Assembly: GCA_963734495.1 (NCBI GenBank)
Contig: CAVTHK010000011.1
Span: 736,001-800,000 of the forward strand
DNA length: 64,000 nt
Direction of reading: 5' to 3'
DNA from: an uncultured Spirochaetota bacterium
Lineage (GTDB): Bacteria; Spirochaetota; Spirochaetia; SZUA-6; CAVTHK01
In this document: positions 1 to 10,143 of the stretch, piece by piece
How the letters are laid out: each line of letters opens with the position of its first letter
How positions within the stretch are numbered: the stretch's first letter is position 1
The notes under the pieces: generated by a model
What the model saw: the letters and a program-made list of their open reading frames with translations, nothing else
Told to the model about the DNA's origin: nothing
Databases searched by the model: none
Position numbers and translations under genes: made by a program

Positions 1-483
1 CTTGGAGTCGAAGGCGAGCCGCGCCTGGACCATCGGCTGCGAGCTCATCTTGCACCAGAACGGCACCTTCTCGAGGATCAGCTCGTCGGTGTCGCGCACG
101 CCGCCGTTGCAGACGTACCCGACCCCGCCCTTCTTGATCCCCGCCAGCCCGCTGTTGGAGCCGATGAGGCCGACGTCCATGCCGCTCTGGTCGATCACGA
201 TGAAGTCGCCCTTCTCCAGGTCCATGATCCCCGTGATGGGGTTGACCTCCTTGTAGTACCAGGCCGACCACTGCGTGTACTCCTCCGAGCTCATCCGGGG
301 GATGCCGCCCTGGTACGGCAGGTACCTGAACGTCTTTGCGATGCCGATGGCCCGCGTGCGGTACAGCGGCCTGATGTCCGACGTCATGGTCCCGTAGAAG
401 TGCATCATGTTCCAGTCCAGCCCGTCGCGCACGTCGGCCACCCGCAGGTCCTTGTAGAGATCCAGTATCTCGTTCCTGTCCAT
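1..483 (-). CDS. RraA/HMG-CHA aldolase-like family protein (runs off window edge)
   Basis: Manual translation MDRNEILDLYKDLRVADVRDGLD...GDFIVID...GSNSG...GGVRDTDE; GGAGAG RBS upstream; paralogue of 4101..4841. Confidence 0.8.
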   Translation of the reverse strand, partial: MDRNEILDLYKDLRVADVRDGLDWNMMHFYGTMTSDIRPLYRTRAIGIAKTFRYLPYQGGIPRMSSEEYTQWSAWYYKEVNPITGIMDLEKGDFIVIDQSGMDVGLIGSNSGLAGIKKGGVGYVCNGGVRDTDELILEKVPFWCKMSSQPMVQARLAFDSK

Positions 484-570
484 GTGTCTCTCCTCTCCGC
501 GGTGGGATTCTCGCACGGGAATCCCGCGCGCGCAACCCAAAACCGCGCCGCAGGGGCCGGAAACCGGCGA

Positions 571-584
571 GGTAAACGTTTACC
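571..584. promoter_or_regulatory. Perfect palindrome GGTAAACGTTTACC, LacI-family operator-like
   Basis: 14-bp perfect inverted repeat with AAACGTTT core in the divergent intergenic region of a sugar-uptake locus. Confidence 0.6.
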
Positions 585-748
585 GTCAATCGGGAGCGCG
601 CGCACGATTGCGGCCTCCGCGAAACGCCTCCGGGGGGGGCCCGGACGCATCCCGCAAGGCGCTCGCCCGCCCTCGTCCTGCCCGCGACCGCGCTGTGGCA
701 GCGCGAAGCCACCTTTGCTTCCCGCGCGCGCCCCCGGTGCGAAAACTG

Positions 749-776
749 TTGACTTGGCGCAGGGATGGTTTACAAT
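749..776 (+). promoter_or_regulatory. sigma70-type promoter of ABC operon
   Basis: TTGACT-16 bp-TACAAT, followed by GAGGAGG RBS and ATG at 809. Confidence 0.6.
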
Positions 777-808
777 CCAGCAAGACGTACTTGAGGAGGT
801 GCGCAAAC

Positions 809-2164
809 ATGTCCAGGAGATTTGTGTTTTTCCTCGTTATCTGTGTCTGTCTCGCTCCACTCGCCTTTGCGGGCGGCACGGACGAGAAGGCGGCCACGGG
901 CCCGGTCAAGCTGAGCTGGTTCGCCCCGATGTCGGCGGGACCGGAGTTGGACCTCTGGAAGCTCACGCTGATCCCGGATTTCCAGAAAAAGAACCCCAAC
1001 ATCACGGTCGACCTCAGCGTGGAGGTGTGGGCCGACTACTGGCAGAAGATCGCGGTGATGTTCGCGGGCGGCCAGTTCCCCGACCTGGTGTGGATGCACT
1101 ACTCGCGCTTCAAGGACTACGCGGAGCAGGGGATGCTCCAGCCGCTCGATGACGTCATCGCCAAGGACAAGAGCTTTAACGTCAGTGACTACCCGGCCCA
1201 GCTGTTCGACATCTTCAAGCACAAGGGCAAGCAGTTCGTCATCCCCAAGGACCACGGCGGGACCGCGGTCTGGTACAACATCGACATGTTCGATGCTGCG
1301 GGCGTGAAGACGCCGTTCCCGGGCTGGAAGTGGAGCGACTTCCTCCAGATGGCGCAGAAGCTCACCAAGGACACCAACGGCGACGGGCAGATCGACCAGT
1401 GGGGAACCTCGGACATCATGCTCGGCGGCGACCCGGCGAGCTGGTGGCACCACGAGCAGGGCTGGGACATGATCAAGTCGAACGGGGGCGACACCTACAG
1501 CGAAGACTTCAAGCAGGCCTACATCGACAAGCCGGAGACGGTCGAAGCCATCCAGTTCATGGCCGACGTCATGAACAAGTACAAGGTCGCGCCCAAGAGC
1601 GAGCAGCTCGCCGGCCTGGGCGACCCGTTCCGCATCGGCAAGGTGGCCATGTGGGGCTTCGGGCACGCCGCGCAGGGCTTCAACATCCGCTACGAGAAGC
1701 GGCCGATCAAGCGCTACGGCGTCGAGTTCGTGCCCGCGGGCAAGGGCGGCACGTTCTACGGCCTCGGCGCCACGGGCTATGCAATCCCCACCAAGAGCAA
1801 ACACCCCAAGGAGGGGTGGGAGCTCACGAAGTTCGCCCTGAGCAAGGAGACCGGGGAAAAGGTCGCCAAGCAATCGCGGTGGGGCGCGGTCCGCAAGGAC
1901 CAGTGGGGGCTTCGTTTCGAGATGCAGCGCGACGCCGGCATCTACATCGAGGAGAACTGGCAGCGCGTCTGGGTCGACTCGGTGATCAAGGGCGTCCCGG
2001 GCGTCACGGTCGGCAACGCGTTGATCCCCGCCGGCCTGTGGGAGATCAACACGATCCTGAAGACGGAGTTCGACCCCGTCTACCTGGGCAAGCGCACGGC
2101 GCAGGACGCGGCGGCGGCCGCAAAGCCCAAGATCCAGGCAGTTCTCCAGAAAGCGTACAAGTAG
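809..2164 (+). CDS. Sugar ABC transporter substrate-binding protein
   Basis: Signal peptide MSRRFVFFLVICVCLAPLAFAGGTDE; CUT1 SBP motifs (PDLVW, VWYNIDMFDAAGV). Confidence 0.9.
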   Translation: MSRRFVFFLVICVCLAPLAFAGGTDEKAATGPVKLSWFAPMSAGPELDLWKLTLIPDFQKKNPNITVDLSVEVWADYWQKIAVMFAGGQFPDLVWMHYSRFKDYAEQGMLQPLDDVIAKDKSFNVSDYPAQLFDIFKHKGKQFVIPKDHGGTAVWYNIDMFDAAGVKTPFPGWKWSDFLQMAQKLTKDTNGDGQIDQWGTSDIMLGGDPASWWHHEQGWDMIKSNGGDTYSEDFKQAYIDKPETVEAIQFMADVMNKYKVAPKSEQLAGLGDPFRIGKVAMWGFGHAAQGFNIRYEKRPIKRYGVEFVPAGKGGTFYGLGATGYAIPTKSKHPKEGWELTKFALSKETGEKVAKQSRWGAVRKDQWGLRFEMQRDAGIYIEENWQRVWVDSVIKGVPGVTVGNALIPAGLWEINTILKTEFDPVYLGKRTAQDAAAAAKPKIQAVLQKAYK

Positions 2165-2178
2165 CAACGTAGAGCACG

Positions 2179-2206
2179 GGCAGCCGGGTCATCGGACCCG
2201 GCTGCC
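2179..2206 (+). terminator. Intercistronic stem-loop after SBP gene
   Basis: GGCAGCCGGGTC-ATCG-GACCCGGCTGCC perfect 12-bp stem. Confidence 0.6.
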
Positions 2207-2267
2207 GTCTTCGACGCGCGGTTTCGGGAAAGGCGTCGCGGCCGCAGGTTGGGGAGGCGAAAGGGAC

Positions 2268-3161
2268 ATGCTGTCTCGAAAGACGAGAGAAGCCATCAAC
2301 GCCTACCTTATGATCGGGCCCTGGCTGCTTGGCTTCGTCCTGTGGATCGCGGGCCCGATGGTCGCGTCGCTCGTCCTGAGCTTCATGGACTGGTCGCTGA
2401 TGTCGCCGCCGGCATGGAGCGGTCTCGGCAATTTCCAGGAGATGCTCAAGGACGACCTCTTCTGGATCTCACTAGTCAACACGGCCTATTACACGTTCAT
2501 CGGCGTTCCCGTGCGTGTGGTCGCGGCGCTCATCGTCGCGCTCGGCATGAACCTCAAGCTGCGCGGGATATCGATCTGGCGGACCATCTACTACATGCCG
2601 TCGATCACTCCCGCGGTGGCGAGCGCGATTATCTGGATGTGGATGTTCAACCCCGATTTCGGCATCCTCAACACGCTCCTCCGCTACGTGGGCATCATGA
2701 CGAAGGTCCAGTGGATCTACGATCCCATTCTCTCGAAGCCGTCGCTGATCCTGATGAGCGTCTGGGGCGTCGGCGGCCAGATGATCGTGCTCCTCGCGGG
2801 GCTTCAGGCGATCCCGGAGCACCTGTACGAGGCGGCGCGGATAGAAGGGACAAACGGGTGGAAGGAGTTCTGGCGGATCACCCTCCCGATGCTCACCCCC
2901 TCGATCTTCTTTGTCACGATCATCCAGATCATCAACTCGTTCCAGGTCTTCACCGCCGCTTACGTGATGACCAAGGGCGGCCCGGAAAACAGCACGTTGT
3001 TCCTCGTGCTCTACCTCTTCCGTCACGGCTTCGAGTTCTTCCACATGGGGTACGCGTCCGCCATGGCGTGGGTCCTGTTCTTGATCGTCCTCGTGTTCAC
3101 CCTCATCCAGTTCAAGCTGTCGAACCGGTGGGTCTTCTACGAGGCGGAGCTACGGAGGTAG
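2268..3161 (+). CDS. Carbohydrate ABC transporter permease
   Basis: Multiple TM segments; EAA motif LYEAARIEG. Confidence 0.9.
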   Translation: MLSRKTREAINAYLMIGPWLLGFVLWIAGPMVASLVLSFMDWSLMSPPAWSGLGNFQEMLKDDLFWISLVNTAYYTFIGVPVRVVAALIVALGMNLKLRGISIWRTIYYMPSITPAVASAIIWMWMFNPDFGILNTLLRYVGIMTKVQWIYDPILSKPSLILMSVWGVGGQMIVLLAGLQAIPEHLYEAARIEGTNGWKEFWRITLPMLTPSIFFVTIIQIINSFQVFTAAYVMTKGGPENSTLFLVLYLFRHGFEFFHMGYASAMAWVLFLIVLVFTLIQFKLSNRWVFYEAELRR

Positions 3162-3167
3162 CCGGCC

Positions 3168-4022
3168 GTGAAATACCGTCACCGCAGGACGCTGCGCCGC
3201 ATTTCCAGGGCTGTGGCCTGGAACCTGGTGCTCGCGATTTTCGGGATCTCGATGCTGGTCCCGTTCTTCTTCGCGCTGTCGACGTCGCTCAAAGAGACCG
3301 GCAAGGAGTTCACGTGGCCGCCCGAGTGGATTCCGCGCCCGTTCGTCTGGCACAACTACGTCCGCGCCATGACGGTGCTTCCCTTTCACCTTTTCGTGAA
3401 GAACACCCTGGTCATCACGCTGAGCGCGACGGCCGGCACGATCCTGACCGCCTCGCTCGCGGGGTTCGCGTTCGCGCGGCTTTCGTTCCCCGCGAGGAAC
3501 TTCCTCTTCGGGCTCTGCCTCTCGAGCCTGATGCTTCCGTACGCGGTGACGATGATCCCGCAGTTCATACTCTTCAAATCCGTGGGCTGGGTCGATACTC
3601 TGCTGCCGCTCATCGTGCCGTCCTGGTTCGGCGGGGGAGCCTTTTCCATCTTTCTTTGCCGGCAGTTCTTCATGACCATCCCCTACGAGTACGACGACGC
3701 GGCGCGGATCGACGGCGCGGGGGAGTGGCAGATCTGGGCGCGCGTGATGCTGCCGCTTTCGCGGCCGGTGCTGGCCACTATCGCCGTGTTCAGCTTCGTC
3801 AACCATTGGAACGATTTCATGGGGCCCCTGATCTACCTCCACACGATGGAGAAGCGCACGATCGCGGTGGGCCTGCGGACCTACGTCGGCATGGAAGGCA
3901 CCGACTGGAACTACCTGATGGCCGCGGCCGTCGCCTCCACGATCCCGATCCTCATCCTGTTCTTCAGCGCGCAGCGGTACTTCGTCAAAGGTGTCGTGAT
4001 GAGCGGCTTGTCGGGTCGGTAA
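3168..4022 (+). CDS. Carbohydrate ABC transporter permease
   Basis: DAARIDGAG motif; C-terminal QRYFVKG. Confidence 0.9.
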   Translation: MKYRHRRTLRRISRAVAWNLVLAIFGISMLVPFFFALSTSLKETGKEFTWPPEWIPRPFVWHNYVRAMTVLPFHLFVKNTLVITLSATAGTILTASLAGFAFARLSFPARNFLFGLCLSSLMLPYAVTMIPQFILFKSVGWVDTLLPLIVPSWFGGGAFSIFLCRQFFMTIPYEYDDAARIDGAGEWQIWARVMLPLSRPVLATIAVFSFVNHWNDFMGPLIYLHTMEKRTIAVGLRTYVGMEGTDWNYLMAAAVASTIPILILFFSAQRYFVKGVVMSGLSGR

Positions 4023-4100
4023 AGAGGGAAGGAACGGGCCGTCGGGCCCGAGAGTCCCGGCGAGTACGCCGGGCCAAAGTGCAACACAAGGAGAGACGAG

Positions 4101-4841
4101 ATGGCGAACAAGGATCCGTTCGAGCTGGCGAAGCGGTTCAGCCGCTTCGTCAGGGTCACCGACGTCACCGACGGCCTGGACGCCGTGGGGCGGCCCGACG
4201 TCACGCTGATGGACCCGAAGATCCGGCCGTTGTGGATGGGCATGCATTTCTGGGGCCCCGCGGTCACGATGCGCGTGCTTCCGACCAACCGTCCCATGCC
4301 CATCGTCGACAAGAAGGACGCGCTGCGCCAGCACGCGATCTGGCGCGATATGGGCGGTTGGAAAGGGGACCTCAAGCCGCACATCAAGCCCGGCTGCGTC
4401 ATCGTGACCTCGACCGGCGGCGCAAAAGAGTGCGGCTGGTGGGGCTCGAACAACAGCATGGGCATGCAGGCCGCAGGCGCCGTCGGCATCGTCACCGAGG
4501 GCCAGTGCCGCGACACCGACGAGGTCATCATGCAGAAGACCCCCGTCGCCTGCCGCGGGATCGGCCGGCCCATCATCCCGGGCCGCACGGTCCAGGAAGA
4601 GGTGCAGGTCGCGGTGAGCTGCGGCGGCGTCATGGTGCGGCCGGGCGACATCGTCGGCTGCGACTGGGACGGCGTGGTGGTCGTGCCGATCGAGGTGGCC
4701 GAGGACGTGCTGGTCTTTGCCGCCCGCATCGCGGTCGACGACAAGAAGGGCAGGCGCAAGCTCTACGACAAGCTCGGCAAGAAGCCCGACGAGACCGTCG
4801 ACTGGGAAGCCTGCGCGGAGTGGTTCAAGGACCTGCTGTAG
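4101..4841 (+). CDS. RraA/HMG-CHA aldolase-like family protein
   Basis: DVTDGLD, GPAVT, GQCRDTDE, VRPGDIVGCDWDGVVVVP motifs. Confidence 0.85.
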   Translation: MANKDPFELAKRFSRFVRVTDVTDGLDAVGRPDVTLMDPKIRPLWMGMHFWGPAVTMRVLPTNRPMPIVDKKDALRQHAIWRDMGGWKGDLKPHIKPGCVIVTSTGGAKECGWWGSNNSMGMQAAGAVGIVTEGQCRDTDEVIMQKTPVACRGIGRPIIPGRTVQEEVQVAVSCGGVMVRPGDIVGCDWDGVVVVPIEVAEDVLVFAARIAVDDKKGRRKLYDKLGKKPDETVDWEACAEWFKDLL

Positions 4842-4861
4842 ACCCGGCGCCTCTACACGCG

Positions 4862-4900
4862 AGCCCCGGGGCCCGTCGGGCCGCCGGGGCTTTCTTGTTT
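4862..4900 (+). terminator. Intrinsic terminator between convergent genes
   Basis: AGCCCCGG...CCGGGGCT stem followed by TTTCTTGTTT. Confidence 0.6.
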
Positions 4901-5707
4901 ACAGGACAGCCAGCCTCAGCCGGTAGCTCAGCACCATGGCGGGCCGCCGGCCCCCGAGCCTCTCGGCTGCGAGGTCCCGCAGCCCCGCGAGGCCCAGCTC
5001 GGCTTCGGTGTGCCTGTCCTTGAGCAGGTCCTGCAGCCACCCCTGACTGAGCGCGATCCCGACGAATCGACGGGCGCTGCACGGCTCGGCCGCGTGGAAG
5101 ACGACCTCCCGCACGTAGCGGAACAGACCCGAACCGCGGATGTCGTCGAGGTGCCGGCTCTTTTCCCGCTGCCGCGCATAGGGCTTGCCGCCGGCCCGCG
5201 CGATCTCGCCGCCGCGGCGGTACATCTCGTCGAATGCCTGCTCGAGCGCCCGGTCGACCACGGGCGGCCAGTCGCAGTCATAGGCCGCAAAGACGCCTCC
5301 CGGACGCAGAATCCGGGCGGCCTCCCGCAGCGTGCTCGCGGGCTCCATCCAGTGAAAGGACTGCGAGCAGGTCACGACATCCGCGCTCGCGGGATCGAGG
5401 CCCGTGCTTTCGGCAAACGCTTCGCGGAACGTCACAGACGCGCGGCCCGTGCCTGCTTCGGCGCGCAGCGCGCCACGGACAGCATGTCCGCGCTGGGATC
5501 CACGCCGATCACCCGATCAGCGATCCGGGCCCAGAGGAACGTGGACAGGCCCGTACCGCAGCCGAGATCGACGACGGTGCCCGGGCGCCTCGCCTGCAGG
5601 TAGATCGCCGCGATCCGCGGCACAACGGACGGCGCCCTCGGCCGATGCGTGTCGTACAGTCGCGAATAGCCCGTGAAGCGCCGGACCTTGAGCTCGCCGT
5701 CACCCAT
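4899..5707 (-). CDS. Class I SAM-dependent methyltransferase (frameshift near 5440-5480)
   Basis: N-part VDLGCGTGLST and C-part CSQSFHWM...ARILRPGG lie in different frames. Confidence 0.75.
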
Positions 5708-5786
5708 CGCAGCGCATCTTGCCGCGCCGCACGCCCTCGCGCAAGACGACTTGCCTCGGCTCGAGGCCGTCGCTAAGCTTTCGCCC

Positions 5787-7590
5787 ATGCCGGGACAACA
5801 GATCCCCGCGCGGTCCGAGCTGCCGCGGGACATGACCTGGGACCTGACCTCGCTCTACCGCGACGACGCGGCCTGGGAGGCCGACTTCCAGGGCTTCCGC
5901 GCGAAGCTCGAGCCGCTGCTCGCGCTCAAGGGGAGGCTCGCAAGCTCCGCGGCCGTCCTTCGCGCCGCGCTCGAGGCGCAGGACGAGATCGAGCGCATCC
6001 TCGAGAAGCTTCACACCTACGCGCACCTCAGGAACGACGAAGACCTCGGCAACCAGGGGTACCAGGCGATCTTTGACAGGGCCACGTCGCTGTACCACGA
6101 GACATCCGCCGAGCTCGCCTGGATCACTCCCGAGATCATGGCCATCCCGGACGATACGATCCAGGGGCTCCTCGCCTCGCCCGAGCTCGCCTTCTACCGC
6201 TTTGCCCTCGAGGTGTTGCTGCGCTTCAAGCCGCACACGCTGTCCGACTCCGAGGAGCGGCTGCTCGCCCTCGCCGGCGAGGCGCTGGGCAGCCCGTACA
6301 AGACGTTCTCCCGGTTCAGCAACGCGGACCTCCGGTTCCCCATGGTGCCGGACGGCAAGGGAGGCGAGACGGAGCTCAGCCAGGGGAACTTCGTCGTGTT
6401 CCTGGAGAACCATGACCGGACGGTGAGGCGCGCCGCCTTCGAGGCGCTCTACGACACGTACGGCCGGTTCAGGAACACGCTGGCCGCGACGCTCGACGGC
6501 GCGGTCAAGGCCGCCATCTTCGGCACCCGCGCGCGCAAGTACTCTTCGACGCTCGAGGCGAGCCTCTTTCCGGACAATGTTCCGCGTGCGGTTTACGACA
6601 GCCTGATCGACGCGATCCACGAGCGCCTCGACGTCTTCCACCGCTACGTGTCGCTGCGGCGCGGGGCCCTCGGCCTCGATCGCCTCGACATGTACGACAT
6701 GTATGTGCCGCTGGTGCCCGACTTCGAGCTCGAGGTGAGCTGGGAACAGGCGAAGGAGTGGGTCCTCGCGTCGATCGCCCCGCTGGGCGGCGAGTACCAG
6801 GCGATCGCGAGACAGGCCTTCGAGCAGCGCTGGTTCGACGTGCCGGAGTGCCGGGGCAAGCGTTCCGGCGCCTATTCCAGCGGGTGCTACGACTCGCCGC
6901 CCTACATCCTGCTGAACTACAAGGGCACCCTGGACAGCGTGTTCACGCTGGCCCACGAGCTGGGCCATTCGATGCACACGCTACCTCGCCAACCGCAGCC
7001 AGGGCTTCCGCTACGCCGACTACGCCATCCTGGTGGCGGAGGTGGCTTCGACCACCAACGAGATGCTGCTCACCGAGCACCTGCTCAGGGAGACCTCGGA
7101 CCGGCGGTTCCGCCGCTACCTGCTGAACCACCTGTGCGACGGGTTCAAAGGCACGGTCTACCGCCAGGTCCAGTTCGCCGAGTTCGAGCGGCTGCTCTTC
7201 GACATGGCGGAGAGGGGCGAGCCGCTGACGCACGAGACCGTGAGCGACCGTTACTACGAGATCAACGCGCGCTACTACGGGCCGGAGGTGGCGGCGGACC
7301 GCAGGATCGCCCTCGAGTGGATGAGGATCCCGCACTTCTACTACAACTTCTACGTCTACAAGTACGCGACCGGCTTTTCGGCCGCGGTGGCCCTCTCGCA
7401 GCGGATCCTCTCTGGCGACGCCCGCAAGGTGGAGGCATACCTCGGCTTTCTCAAGGCCGGGGCGAGCAAGGATCCCCTGGACGTGCTGCGGGACGCGGGG
7501 GTCGATCTCGCGGTCCCCGACCCGATCGTCGCCGGCCTGTCGAAGTTCGACCGCGTCATCGCGGATCTGCAGGCTGAGCTCGGCGCGTGA
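5787..7590 (+). CDS. pepF: Oligoendopeptidase F, M3B (frameshift near 6980)
   Basis: TWDL, KRSGAYS, HELGHSMH, then AEVASTTNE and RIPHFYYNFYVYKYATG in the next frame. Confidence 0.9.
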
Positions 7591-7597
7591 GCTCGAG

Positions 7598-7621
7598 GCC
7601 CCCCGGAGCACCGGGGGGCTT
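7598..7621 (+). terminator. Stem-loop after pepF
   Basis: GCCCCCCGG-AGCA-CCGGGGGGC followed by T residues. Confidence 0.45.
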
Positions 7622-7659
7622 GGGACCTGGCGCAGACGCCAGGTCGTAGGAGGCCTGGC

Positions 7660-7995
7660 ATGGCCGCAACCCCTTTCGTACAGGTGAGCACGACGCTCGC
7701 CGCCCGCGAGCAGGCTGAGACGCTCGCGCGCCGGCTGGTGGACGCCCGCCTCGCCGCCTGTGTTCAGATCGTCGGCCCGGTGACGAGCGTCTACCGCTGG
7801 AAGGGCGAGGTGTCGCGGGACGAGGAGACCCTGCTGCTGGCGAAGACGCGGCAGGACCTCGTGGACCGGATCGAGGCGCTCTTCCGGGAGGCGCACCCGT
7901 ACGAGGTGCCCGAGCTGATCGCGACTCCCGTCGTCGACGGCGGCGATGCCTACCTCGCCTGGCTGGGCGAGTCGCTCGAGCCCGCAGCCCGCTGA
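7660..7995 (+). CDS. cutA: Divalent-cation tolerance protein CutA
   Basis: RLAACVQ, SVYRWKG, HPYEVPE motifs. Confidence 0.9.
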   Translation: MAATPFVQVSTTLAAREQAETLARRLVDARLAACVQIVGPVTSVYRWKGEVSRDEETLLLAKTRQDLVDRIEALFREAHPYEVPELIATPVVDGGDAYLAWLGESLEPAAR

Positions 7996-8083
7996 GCGGG
8001 GCCGGCGTCCCCCGTCCGTCCGCGGCGGGGGGTCGACCGCCTTCCTTCACTTTGCTATATTCATAGGCTATGAGAGGCTGCCC

Positions 8084-9169
8084 ATGGACGCAGTATTTGC
8101 CCGACTCGCCCGTGAGGAGGTGCCTTTCCTCTTAGAGAGCTACTCGGCGCTGGACCGCTACTTTCGCGTCCGCGAGCCGGGCGACGTCTTCATCCGCACC
8201 GATGCGTCGCTCGTGACGCTGGCCAAGCTGTTCGAGAGCCTGAGCTTTCCGGGATACGCAAACGCCGACGCGCTGCTCGACGCCGAGGGGAAGCTGTACT
8301 TCTTCCGCTGCGTCGACGAGATGGACGTCTCGTCGGGCCTCGCCTTCACGGCCCTCGATCTGCTCTACAACATCGAGCGCGACACCTTCCAGGACCCTCA
8401 CGGAGTCTACCCCGATCTCAGGCAGGAAGAGCTCGTCCGCACCCCCGTCCCCTCGACCACGATGGGCGCGATCATGCAGGCCGCCCGCCTCGTCTCGCGC
8501 TACCACTACACGAGCGAGATCGAGCCGGGGGCATCGGTCGAGGGCCTGTCGGCGCCCCTGATCGAAGACCAGCGGGAGCTCCTGCGCGCCGTGCTCACGA
8601 GCCGCTACCCGGACAAGGGGCTCGACTTCCTGCGCAGCACCGGCTTTGTCGCAAGCTACTGGCCCGAGCTCGCCGCGATGGTGACGGTGGCGCAGAGCAA
8701 GGAGCACCACCCCGAAGGGGACGTCTGGACCCACACGCTCGCCGCGCTGCGCAGCCGCAAGCACTACGGCTTCTCTCTCGGGGCCGCGCTGCTGCTGCAC
8801 GACATCGGCAAGCCCGTCTCCAAGGGGAGCAAGGAGCGGCCGTTCGAGAACCACGCCGAGATCGGCGCGGGGCTCGCGACCAAGTTCCTCCGCCGCATGG
8901 GGTTCTCCGACAGCCTCGTCGAGCAGGTGAACTACCTCGTCCGCTTCCACATGATGCCGGCCGCGCTGCCCAAGCTCCCGCTCTACAGGACGGAGCGCCT
9001 CATGTCCTCGCCGCTCTTTCCCGAACTCCTCGAGCTCTACCGGGCCGACCTGGCGTCGACGTTCCGGCAGCCGGCCGGCTACTACGAGGCGTGCCGCATA
9101 TACCAGCGCTTCCTCAAGGGCCGCGCGAACCCCTTCTGGGTCCCGCAGCGGTCGAGGCCAATCTCCTAG
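8084..9169 (+). CDS. HD-domain protein with degenerate CCA/poly(A)-polymerase-like N-terminus
   Basis: HHPEGDVWTHT...LLHDIGK...HAEIG HD motifs. Confidence 0.7.
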   Translation: MDAVFARLAREEVPFLLESYSALDRYFRVREPGDVFIRTDASLVTLAKLFESLSFPGYANADALLDAEGKLYFFRCVDEMDVSSGLAFTALDLLYNIERDTFQDPHGVYPDLRQEELVRTPVPSTTMGAIMQAARLVSRYHYTSEIEPGASVEGLSAPLIEDQRELLRAVLTSRYPDKGLDFLRSTGFVASYWPELAAMVTVAQSKEHHPEGDVWTHTLAALRSRKHYGFSLGAALLLHDIGKPVSKGSKERPFENHAEIGAGLATKFLRRMGFSDSLVEQVNYLVRFHMMPAALPKLPLYRTERLMSSPLFPELLELYRADLASTFRQPAGYYEACRIYQRFLKGRANPFWVPQRSRPIS

Positions 9170-9187
9170 TCTGCGCGCGAGGTCCGT

Positions 9188-9970
9188 CTACAGCAGACCG
9201 CGGCGGGCGAGCAGCAGCGTCAGGCCCGCGACGCATGCCGTCTCCGTGCGAAGGACGCGCTCGCCGAGGCCCGCCAGCGCGATGCCCGCAGCCCGCATCA
9301 GAAGCCGCTCCCTCGCGGACCACCCGCGCTCCGGACCGACGAGCAGGACCGTGCGGCCGGCCGCCGGAGTCCAGTCGCGAAGGCGGATCCGCGCCTCGTA
9401 GTTGTCGAGGGCCAGCGCCTCGGCGTCGCCGGCCCGCAGCGCTTCCACGGCGAGCGCTTCCACGGCGGCGTCGAGGCTCTCGTAGATGCGCACGCGCGGG
9501 ATCCTCGTGGCGAACGCCTGGGTGGCGCCGGCGATCAGGTGCTCGCGGTAGCCGCCTGACCCGCCGCCCGGCAAGCCGCCTGACGCGCTGCCCGGCCCGC
9601 CGCCTGACGTCCAGAGGCCGGCCTTGAGGTAGGACGCTTCCGCCTTGTCCGTCCCGCAGGTCAGGATCTCCTCCGCTCCGAGGCTCGTCGCCTCGCGGAG
9701 GATGCGCTGCGCCGCCACCGGCCTGCACGCGCCGAACAGAAGCGCCACTGGGGCAAGCGGCGCCGCGGGCTCGGTAAGGCGGAGCTCGAAGCGGAGCCCC
9801 TCTTCGGTGAGCGCGACGATCGTGGCCTTGCCGCGGCGGCCGTCGATCACGCCGGCGTCGAAGCTGTCGCCCGGCTTCCTGCGGAGCACGCCGATGATGT
9901 GAGTCGCCCGCGGGTCATCGCGGGGCAGCGGCCTGTCCTGCTCGCCCTCCTCGAAGAGCACGAGGTTCAC
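9188..9970 (-). CDS. rsmE: 16S rRNA m3U1498 methyltransferase
   Basis: HIIGVLR, VGPERGWS, LGERVLRTETA SPOUT motifs. Confidence 0.85.
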   Translation of the reverse strand: MNLVLFEEGEQDRPLPRDDPRATHIIGVLRRKPGDSFDAGVIDGRRGKATIVALTEEGLRFELRLTEPAAPLAPVALLFGACRPVAAQRILREATSLGAEEILTCGTDKAEASYLKAGLWTSGGGPGSASGGLPGGGSGGYREHLIAGATQAFATRIPRVRIYESLDAAVEALAVEALRAGDAEALALDNYEARIRLRDWTPAAGRTVLLVGPERGWSARERLLMRAAGIALAGLGERVLRTETACVAGLTLLLARRGLL

Positions 9971-10143
9971 GGCGCGGAGTGTACGGCCGGCCGCGCGGCG
10001 GGGTCAAACGTCGAGCCCCGCGCCACCCCGCGCCCGGGGCGGCGCGGGCGAAGCGCGATCCCCCGCGCGACCTCGCGCTTGCGTTGCGCCTTTGCGTTGA
10101 CAGGCCGGTCGGCCCGGCTCTACCGTGACCTCGGGAGGCGGCG

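Noticed and set aside
2249-5023. Long alternative-frame ORFs (e.g. 924 aa here, 997 aa at 45477, 801 aa at 34374)
   Set aside because: Arg/Pro/Ala-rich shadow ORFs expected at this GC content; they overlap well-supported genes
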